DNA of 64,000 bases from IMG/VR virus record IMGVR_UViG_3300037246_000452, positions 1-64,000 of that record. One strand, given 5' to 3'. A model generated the notes under the pieces. The model worked only from the letters and a program-made list of their open reading frames with translations. It was not told the origin of the DNA and ran no database searches. A program made the translations under genes and the position numbers. Source of the stretch: a virus. This document shows positions 57,069-64,000 of this stretch, piece after piece. Position 1 is the stretch's first letter. Every line of letters begins with the position of its first letter.

Positions 57069-59183
57069 TCAATCCAGAAATAACATATCATCGGTATTTT
57101 CCATAACTTCTTGAAAATTCATTAAATTAAAATCCCAGTTTATATTGAATCCACCTACCTCACCATTCCTACCTTTGAGAATGTTTACTTTTCTCTGCAT
57201 TTTGGTTGCGATGCTCTCCTCCTCCAATAGACCTAGAACTATAGTGCTGAGCTGACCAATAGCATCTGAATACCCAATATCCTCAAGTCCTATATCCTCT
57301 CCTTTACTTGCCTTCATTTTCTTGGCTGCGTCCCTGTTAAACTGGTAGCTGCAGATTGTCGGGATTCCAAGATCGGTTGCCAATGCTTGCTTTATAAGTT
57401 CCGCATTCTCATCAATCCTTGCAAACTTATTCATTCTCTTATCTGGGTGCTTTAGTAGGTATGCTCCATCGATGATAAGGGCTCCCGGTTTCAACTGTTT
57501 ACATAGTGCCCAGATATCCTCAACTGTAGCTGTGAGGTTACCATCTACAATCCAGCAAGGGACTGGATGATCTTCCATCAGTTTCAAGCCATGAGTCATC
57601 TGCTTATACCCTGCTGTAGACAAGGCTGCTTGTTTGATATGAGTTAATGGTTTATGGGTATGCATTGCCGCCACTCGTTGTATCAAGGGTAAGGGCGTCA
57701 TTTCCATTGAGACCAGAAGCGTTGGGCGTTTCATCTTACTCCATATGTAATGCATAATGAATAAGAGAAGAAATGTCTTTCCTGAATTGTGTGTAACAAA
57801 TCCTTCAGCTATAAAGTTATTGTAAGGGTCGGCACATACTAAGTCATAAGTATCTTCCATCCCAAATAATTCAATACTTATTATTTTCTCTGCATGTACC
57901 AAATTCTGTCCGAAACGACTTCTAGTCCCCTCATACCCCATCCCTGCACCGTGCTCTTTACCATGCTCTGAGTTTGTCAATAATCCTAAATTCGATACAG
58001 CATTGTTATTAGTATCCTCATCTTTATGATGTATATGCAACGAGCTTTCAGAGAATACAAAACCGTGATTTGGGTTCGTTTTCAATTGCTGAATAAAGTC
58101 TTGGAGGTTAACTCCATTTAGGGCTGCGTCATAATTAGCTCGCTGCTCTAGTACTCTATGGTATACACACCCATTTATAACTCTGGTGGGATAAGGGGCG
58201 TAGGGCATCTTTGTACAAATCTCTTTTCTGTAGCGTCCAGTTTGTTTATAACCTTTTCCAGTATCAGGAGCTTTACATATTACCTCGTCGCCTACTACTA
58301 AATCTCCCAAAGGCCTAAAACCATTAGGTGTCATAAACATGTGGTCTGTGGTTGCCCTTACTACTTTTCCCGATTCCGTAGTAACAGTGTATGTCTCCTT
58401 CTTTCCAGAGTACACAATATCTTCGACTATGTTAAGCCCTGTCAAGTCGTCGTCCATCAAAGATTGTACTCTCGTGGGGATACTTAAATCCCACTTTCTA
58501 GCACCCCTTCCTTGTTTAGCGGTTTTTCCATGCATTCCTCGGTATACCTCTTTGAGGGTGTAATACCTCCCACTACCTTTTGATTTTCTGGAGATATAAA
58601 GTTTTGTATCACCGGATAAACAAGCCGGCCGGCCCACGATAGATATAACGTCTCCCGGCATTAAACCCCCGGTCATCTTGTCGAGGTAATCCCATCCGGT
58701 ATTGATTCCGTAGTCGTCCCCAAACTTCATCTTTTCTTTATATTCTTTGGTGATAATATCACAAGCATGCCTAAAGTCTACCAGTTGAGTACCGTACTTC
58801 TTAACTGTGAGGCCTGTTAGTATCCCTGTAAGCATTTCAATGGCTTGGCCAGGGTTCATGTTCTCTTTGGTCAAGAACATCTTTGCTTCGTCGAATCCTT
58901 GCTTCAAGGCATTATGAAAATATCTATCCTTTACCTTGTCGGCATAGAATGAGGCCGGTTCAATGGCCTTTGGCAATATAAGGTCTTCAAACTGATTTTC
59001 TACTGTGGCCATCTTTGGGATAGTACCGTGATCATGGATGAAGTTCTTTATATAACCATGCAACTCCAACTCTGTGGGGCGCAGATAATCTGTATCTATA
59101 CAAAGCTTGACGAATGATTCAACATCACCTTCCTTGATAATGGATGAAATTAATTGCAATCCTATCGAACTCTTCTTAATCAT
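57069..59183 (-). CDS. dnaB: replicative DnaB-like helicase with intein
   Basis: TGWDYLD..TGG, split Walker A GRPA/SGKT, SMEM, IIDG, QFNR, KGRNG. Confidence 0.92.
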   Translation of the reverse strand: MIKKSSIGLQLISSIIKEGDVESFVKLCIDTDYLRPTELELHGYIKNFIHDHGTIPKMATVENQFEDLILPKAIEPASFYADKVKDRYFHNALKQGFDEAKMFLTKENMNPGQAIEMLTGILTGLTVKKYGTQLVDFRHACDIITKEYKEKMKFGDDYGINTGWDYLDKMTGGLMPGDVISIVGRPACLSGDTKLYISRKSKGSGRYYTLKEVYRGMHGKTAKQGRGARKWDLSIPTRVQSLMDDDLTGLNIVEDIVYSGKKETYTVTTESGKVVRATTDHMFMTPNGFRPLGDLVVGDEVICKAPDTGKGYKQTGRYRKEICTKMPYAPYPTRVINGCVYHRVLEQRANYDAALNGVNLQDFIQQLKTNPNHGFVFSESSLHIHHKDEDTNNNAVSNLGLLTNSEHGKEHGAGMGYEGTRSRFGQNLVHAEKIISIELFGMEDTYDLVCADPYNNFIAEGFVTHNSGKTFLLLFIMHYIWSKMKRPTLLVSMEMTPLPLIQRVAAMHTHKPLTHIKQAALSTAGYKQMTHGLKLMEDHPVPCWIVDGNLTATVEDIWALCKQLKPGALIIDGAYLLKHPDKRMNKFARIDENAELIKQALATDLGIPTICSYQFNRDAAKKMKASKGEDIGLEDIGYSDAIGQLSTIVLGLLEEESIATKMQRKVNILKGRNGEVGGFNINWDFNLMNFQEVMENTDDMLFLD
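57786..58622 (-). mobile_element. 279-aa intein with HNH endonuclease in the DnaB P-loop
   Basis: Starts CLSGDT, block B ATTDHMF, block F TYDL, ends THN followed by Ser; internal HIHHKDEDTNNNAVSNL. Confidence 0.9.
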
Positions 59184-59191
59184 ATGGCTCC

Positions 59192-59767
59192 CTATTTGAC
59201 TATTTTAAAATGTGCTGTGATGTGATCATAGAAGGCCACGCCATATTGTGACTTCAACAGCTGCATATCTGCTATGTAAAGGACCGTCTGTAGGTCAGCT
59301 GCAAACCTCCTGTGTAGCCAACCAAGCAAAGTTGATACTTCCCATGTTGCTATATCACCCCCGCTGCTCTTTTGTAAGAAAAAGTTGGGAATACAAATCA
59401 ATGGAGGCTCGAAGTTCTTATGTGCCTTCTCCATCTTAAGTATTTCCTGAACGGTAACCAGTCTGGCATCAAGGTAATTCCTGAGACACGCCCCGACAAT
59501 GGCCATCATCCTATCCTCAACATTCACAACTGAGCCGGTGAATACCATGCCAGCCTGTCCGTCCTCTGGACTCCTGATGGTCTTGAGCCATTCTCGTTCT
59601 TTATCCCCACAATGATCACTAAAGGCTGTATACGTAAAGTATTTTGGGATACCTGCAATCTTACAAACTTCCGCAAGGTCTTCCACCATACGCTCATGGT
59701 GTTCGCGCTTCAATACACCTGATTCGTAATACTTCTTGTATAGCGCCATGTGATTATCTACTGCCAT
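59192..59767 (-). CDS. degenerate DnaC-like helicase loader
   Basis: AGIP, GMVFTG, LLGWLHRR...TVLY resemble a DnaC/IstB scaffold without GKT; adjacent to dnaB. Confidence 0.5.
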   Translation of the reverse strand: MAVDNHMALYKKYYESGVLKREHHERMVEDLAEVCKIAGIPKYFTYTAFSDHCGDKEREWLKTIRSPEDGQAGMVFTGSVVNVEDRMMAIVGACLRNYLDARLVTVQEILKMEKAHKNFEPPLICIPNFFLQKSSGGDIATWEVSTLLGWLHRRFAADLQTVLYIADMQLLKSQYGVAFYDHITAHFKIVK

Positions 59768-59907
59768 TCATTCCTCCTGAATTAAATTGAAGCCCCCATT
59801 TTCCGATTGTGGGATGGTTGGTAGGAGGCCACTGTTATCAGCACCAATCAGGTTAAGTGTTACGGACACCGCTCCTGCCTATTCGCTCGGTCAGAGGCCG
59901 TAAAATT

Positions 59908-60571
59908 CTAATCTTTAAGTTTATCCCATTCACGACGTAGATCAAATACTTCAGGATTGTCTACTATACCGATTATTTGGGATATAGCATTATCAGCACT
60001 TAAGGTAGAGTCTGGTATTATATGCTCGTTCATAACATCTATCACCTTGGTAATAACCTGATTGGCTTTTTCCAATTGTGCAAATAAGTGAGCCTCAACT
60101 ACTGTCTCTGTTTTCATAAATCCTCCTTAATGATTATTAAACTATAATACCTTGTTTATTTAGTTTTGTCAAGATTATTATTCTTAGCCTTAGCATGCTC
60201 TCGGTACTCCTTAATATTATTTTGTAACATTAACACGCTATTCTTACAACAATGTCCGGCCATATAGTGCCCTGCCTCGATAAATTCTTTCTCAAGTTCT
60301 CGAAGTAAGGCGCAGCACTTAGAGGCGTTAGCTATAATATTACTCATAAGAATCCTCCTACTAAATACTCAAGTCCACTAATGGCACGGTAATCCGTTGT
60401 TGCTAAAATCATGTCATGATCGTCTTGTAACTCCTGTCGTATTACCTCTGCCGGTATACATATCTCAGAGAAGCCGGGACTTACACTTATCTTAGATTCA
60501 TCGTACCTAAATTCGTCCGGGTCAAGATACCCGTATGTTTCGTTCCAAGCTACCTCGTCAAAGTCTTGCAT
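59908..60571 (-). other. three small hypothetical genes
   Basis: ORFs 59908, 60156, 60344; promoter TTGACA-N17-TATTAT at 60144-60172. Confidence 0.55.
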
Positions 60572-60871
60572 AACATCCCTCCCTATAGTTTCACCAACAG
60601 ATGTCAGGGTAGCACTGAGCTATTGTTTAGTCAAGGGCAAGGTGGCTGAATAGGAAGTAACCATAATAGTCTCACCAGTAACCCAAAAGTGTAAGCTATA
60701 AAACATACTATTAACAAACCACGTAGCATAGTAGGCTTTAGCCGTCCTTCCTCTAAATACTCAAAGTTCCTCATATAACCCCCCATACCCATATACCTAA
60801 GTTAATGATTAGTATCCATGATACTCCTAAAATGACAGTGATACATGCGGCTATTACTGTATTATTCCAAT

Positions 60872-61837
60872 TCATACTTTACCCTCCTTCTCTAATTGTT
60901 CAAGTTCTTCCAGTGTCATAGGTTTATGCTCTTTCAGTTCCACCACCTTTGGCTTCTCCTTCTTTGGTTGTGCAGTTAATTGCAAACCAGTCTTCTTTCC
61001 TGCCTCAGTCAAGGCATCTACATTTTGCTTCATCCATGCTATTGCCAGTTCAGTGTTTGAAAGCAGGAATCCGAGGATAGGTTTATCGGGGGGAGTCTTC
61101 ATCCCTAGACTGTCCTTACAGTGCATATGGAAGTCTATCCACCGGGGGATAATATACTCCACCATAGGTAAAACATCATTCCCTCCTTTTCGTATCATGT
61201 CTTTAAAGTTCCGGGTATCTTTCATTGTAAAAGTCAGATACTCAACTCCCTGTGTTTCAATCATCAGCTGCCGGTAAGTTTCCTTTACCTGATTTAGAGG
61301 TGACATCTTCTTTACCTGCTCCTCTTTATTCTTCTTGAATTGCTCTATCATAGAACTTGCTCCGCCCTTCGTATACTTCATAAACTCCTCCGCTATTTCT
61401 TTTTTTGTTTTACTAGAAAGGAGGTCGCCTTCTCTATAAGCCTTCTCTACTAGCCTTATAAGCCTTTGGGTGGCAGTGTGCAACATATCCATTGCATAGT
61501 GCGACTCCTCTAAGGCAGTGTGCAACATATCCGTCTCACTGTGCAACATACTAATAGTCTCACTCTGCGACTTATATGATGCACCCTGCAACTGCTCAGT
61601 ATCAAGAGAATACGTTACACTTTTAGATTTTCCAGATACCGTAACCCATCCATTCTTCTTAAGACTTGTGAGTGCTCTGAACACCGTGGACCTATCCATA
61701 CCCATGAACTTTGCTATAGTGTCTACAGAAGGCCATGCCTTGCCTTCCTCATTAGCATAAGTGGCCAGTACCTGTAGCACCATCTTCTCCGTACCTTTCA
61801 AGTCTGAATCTAATACCAGCTTGTTCCACTTAAACAT
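60872..61837 (-). CDS. replication initiator with N-terminal winged HTH
   Basis: EKMVL..LATYAN..GKAWPSVDTIA..MGMDRSTVFRAL..L; internal DNA repeats. Confidence 0.75.
   Translation of the reverse strand: MFKWNKLVLDSDLKGTEKMVLQVLATYANEEGKAWPSVDTIAKFMGMDRSTVFRALTSLKKNGWVTVSGKSKSVTYSLDTEQLQGASYKSQSETISMLHSETDMLHTALEESHYAMDMLHTATQRLIRLVEKAYREGDLLSSKTKKEIAEEFMKYTKGGASSMIEQFKKNKEEQVKKMSPLNQVKETYRQLMIETQGVEYLTFTMKDTRNFKDMIRKGGNDVLPMVEYIIPRWIDFHMHCKDSLGMKTPPDKPILGFLLSNTELAIAWMKQNVDALTEAGKKTGLQLTAQPKKEKPKVVELKEHKPMTLEELEQLEKEGKV
61472..61572. repeat. iteron-like direct repeats within initiator gene (candidate ori)
   Basis: GGCAGTGTGCAACATATCC at 61472 and 61514; GTGCAACATA again at 61541; GTCTCACT twice. 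Confidence 0.6.
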
Positions 61838-61872
61838 ATTTTCCTTTTTGCAATTAGTTTCAATCTTTAATA

Positions 61873-61960
61873 GACACAGGATACAGCTTTAGTCGCTACA
61901 ACATAATGCCAGAGGACTATCCCCTGTGGTGTTCTGTTAGTCACCTATATATCCTATGCC
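61873..61960 (-). ncRNA. candidate structured RNA
   Basis: 13-bp closing stem GGCATAGGATATA/TGTATCCTGTGTC with G.U pairs; inner hairpin CAGGGGA-TAG-TCCTCTG. Confidence 0.4.
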
Positions 61961-61970
61961 TATTAAAAAG

Positions 61971-62113
61971 ATGATCGGGGCAGGATTCGATACCTGCAAG
62001 GTACTAAACGTGTACTTAGCCTTTCCCTACTTCACCCTAACCTCGTAATGATTAACCGCCGTAGCTGTTAAACCCTCATAGTAGTGATGCGTTACCTTAC
62101 GCTACCCGATCAT
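61971..62113 (-). ncRNA. tRNA-like RNA (about 140 nt) with expanded central domain
   Basis: Stem ATGATCGGG/CCCGATCAT, TA linker, D-arm GCGT-AAGGTA-ACGC, T-arm GCAGG-TATCGAAT-CCTGC. Confidence 0.65.
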
Positions 62114-62127
62114 ATTAAATTTAACTC

Positions 62128-62898
62128 CTACTGCTCAGTAGGTTTCTTCTCATCCTTCTCAGTCTGGGCCTTATGCTCATCACTGGGAGTAGCCGTAACC
62201 TCTTCATTTTCTGCATCAAGCAATACCGCATCACTTGCACCGTCTGCCGTTTGCTCCACAGTAACGGTAGTGTCTTCTGCTAGGGCAAGTTGAGAATCTT
62301 CCATGCCACCGGGAACCTCTTTAGCGAAGTGGAGCGTTTCCAGCATCTTTGTGTAATCCGTACTGTAGTTGCCTTCCTCAATCTCTACATTGCCAAAGTA
62401 CTGCTCAAGGATTGTGAGGTACCTTTCTATAGAGTAGTCCTTGAGGAGCTGTTTACGGTACTGGCAGCATTGCGCTTCGTCAATCATGGCAGAGCTTAAG
62501 GCCACCACTGTCTCTGCAAAGGGGCCATCCTGCAGTGCTCTCATCAATACCTTTACACCTTCTTGGCCCCCCGGTATCTTCATAAAGCTTTCTATACCAA
62601 AGAAGCATGAGCCTCTTCTTCTGACGTTATCAAGCTTGGCAAACTTAATGTCAGGAAATACCTCTTTGATAAGGGCTACAACATCCTGTACATCATTATC
62701 CTTCTCAGGAGCAAACCTAACCCTTGAACCAATCATTATGCTGGCTCCATCAACCTCAAGTACAGGCTTATAGCCAACCCTGAGACCTCCCTTCTTTCCG
62801 AGCACTAGATAGTCAAGGTTTCCCTCTGTGCCTATCATGAGCTCGAAATCACTGATGTCTATCTTTTTCGTTCCTTCTTGCAACTGCTTATCATCCAT
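62128..62898 (-). CDS. hypothetical protein with acidic tail
   Basis: 256-aa ORF with SD. Confidence 0.6.
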   Translation of the reverse strand: MDDKQLQEGTKKIDISDFELMIGTEGNLDYLVLGKKGGLRVGYKPVLEVDGASIMIGSRVRFAPEKDNDVQDVVALIKEVFPDIKFAKLDNVRRRGSCFFGIESFMKIPGGQEGVKVLMRALQDGPFAETVVALSSAMIDEAQCCQYRKQLLKDYSIERYLTILEQYFGNVEIEEGNYSTDYTKMLETLHFAKEVPGGMEDSQLALAEDTTVTVEQTADGASDAVLLDAENEEVTATPSDEHKAQTEKDEKKPTEQ

Positions 62899-62899
62899 A

Positions 62900-63979
62900 T
62901 CAGTCCTCCTCTTTATTAAAGTAATGTTCTTTGATTACATCTAACGTGATCTCTGTTACCTGTGCATGTGATACCTCCTTGTTCAGGTTTAATGTGTCAT
63001 CAATAATCTCACTGACTGCATCTGCAACTTTTTGATTTACATAGTTCTCATCAAAGGTTGCCAAAAGTGCGTTGGTCAGTTTAAAGGCTCCCTGCTCATC
63101 CAGTCCCTTCATGGTGAATATCTCATTAATCCTTCCCGGTCTGTAAACTTCCTTAGGAATGGCGTCAATGGCATTGGTAGTCATTACGGTCAGTACTCTT
63201 GATTTATGCTCCTGTAGCCACCATAACAGCTGTTCTAATAGTCTGCCTGTTACACCTGAGTCATCCCCTTGTGTAAATAGTTTCTCCATTTCATCCAATA
63301 GCAGGATGCAGGGCTCTTCCATATCAAGTTGTTGGAATACTGCTTTGAGTCGGCCTTCGCTCTCCCCTACCCACTTTACCATAATACCTGACATATCCAA
63401 TCTATAGAGAGGGATGTCAAGCTTACTGGCCATCATCTTGGCACCAACCGTTTTTCCCACTCCGGGGCAACCATGCAATAGTACCCCTCGCGGTATTAAT
63501 CTATGATCATCACATTCAAGGAAGAACTTACCATTCTTGTCCAGCCAGTTCATCAAAGGCACATCTGGAAGGTAACAAGGCAGATTCGTATCTATTTCCT
63601 CAATACCTTTATGATCTACCATAAGTGCCCTTCTCGTCTTCCTAATTCCAAAGGGTGTGATAGCCCCTTCTGCATATGTAAGCTTCAATACATTGCGAAC
63701 CTCGAAGAGCGTGAGGCCACTTAAGGCTTGTGTCGTGTGAAGTATATTATCATCCTCAACTATATCTACCACATGCTCAGCAATCAACTCCTTTGGTGTC
63801 GGCAGTACCCCTGCATCAAAAAACAGGTAATGCTCACATTCTGGATTAATGAGTATCAGGCATGACGCCCTTTCCTCAAAACTGTCATATATCTTCTGCC
63901 AGTTATCCTGCTCCTTAGTACCTATGATAGCTACATACTTATTGGTTCCCATCATCTTAAGTACGGTATTTGTCGGCAT
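62900..63979 (-). CDS. AAA+ ATPase
   Basis: GCPGVGKT, KWVGESE, LLLDEMEK, TTN, RPGR. Confidence 0.9.
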   Translation of the reverse strand: MPTNTVLKMMGTNKYVAIIGTKEQDNWQKIYDSFEERASCLILINPECEHYLFFDAGVLPTPKELIAEHVVDIVEDDNILHTTQALSGLTLFEVRNVLKLTYAEGAITPFGIRKTRRALMVDHKGIEEIDTNLPCYLPDVPLMNWLDKNGKFFLECDDHRLIPRGVLLHGCPGVGKTVGAKMMASKLDIPLYRLDMSGIMVKWVGESEGRLKAVFQQLDMEEPCILLLDEMEKLFTQGDDSGVTGRLLEQLLWWLQEHKSRVLTVMTTNAIDAIPKEVYRPGRINEIFTMKGLDEQGAFKLTNALLATFDENYVNQKVADAVSEIIDDTLNLNKEVSHAQVTEITLDVIKEHYFNKEED

Positions 63980-64000
63980 GACATGGCCAACGCTGCATGA

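Larger units (their letters stand above)
1460..61862. repeat. dispersed 14-bp near-palindrome TGCARTTAATTGCA (at least 28 copies)
   Basis: Copies start at 1460, 5629, 5665, 8622, 13363, 14786, 18923, 20239, 23045, 23829, 25748, 27741, 31309, 33853, 34251, 36948, 37822, 39320, 40363, 44674, 45298, 46273, 51146, 53101, 54492, 59145, 60971, 61849. Confidence 0.9.

Noticed and set aside
1460-61862. CRISPR array interpretation of the repeated palindrome, or of the Cas4-like gene
   Set aside because: Copies are 14 bp, kilobases apart and inside genes. Stand-alone Cas4-like nucleases are common phage recombination exonucleases, and no cas operon is present.
459-63724. The many plus-strand ORFs in the track
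   Set aside because: They are antisense shadows of minus-strand genes with no SD or recognisable motifs; all promoters found point along the minus strand.
1-64000. Alternative genetic code or prophage/integration module
   Set aside because: Core genes are full length in the standard code, and no suppressor tRNA, integrase, att site or host genes are visible in this window.

Overview
A 64-kb segment of a tailed dsDNA phage genome (Caudoviricetes) with essentially all real genes on the minus strand. Reading in transcription order (high to low coordinates): (i) replication/recombination block (AAA+ ATPase, HTH initiator with iteron-like repeats, DnaC-like protein, DnaB carrying an HNH-containing intein, primase, putative SSB, SF2 helicase, RecA, PD-(D/E)xK nucleases, ThyX, MazG-like, several HNH endonucleases); (ii) a GalE / MgsA-C-like / PIG-L / ParB-Srx cluster leading into the terminase genes; (iii) about 15 kb of small accessory genes driven by many sigma70-type promoters; (iv) an RNA/phosphate island (RtcB, tRNA-Pro, tRNA-Asp, truncated PPDK, CsrA-like protein, two CX5R phosphatases, tRNA-like RNAs); (v) family A DNA polymerase followed directly by portal, head and neck genes. 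No integrase, lysis gene or CRISPR array is visible. Two genome-wide patterns not explained by the ORFs stand out. One is a 14-bp near-palindrome (TGCARTTAATTGCA) present at least 28 times, in genes and at a fixed distance from promoters. The other is a set of co-varying GGA-loop hairpins covering the Shine-Dalgarno sequences of promoter-proximal genes, paired with a phage-encoded CsrA-like protein, which suggests a phage CsrA translational regulon. All calls were made by eye, without database searches.
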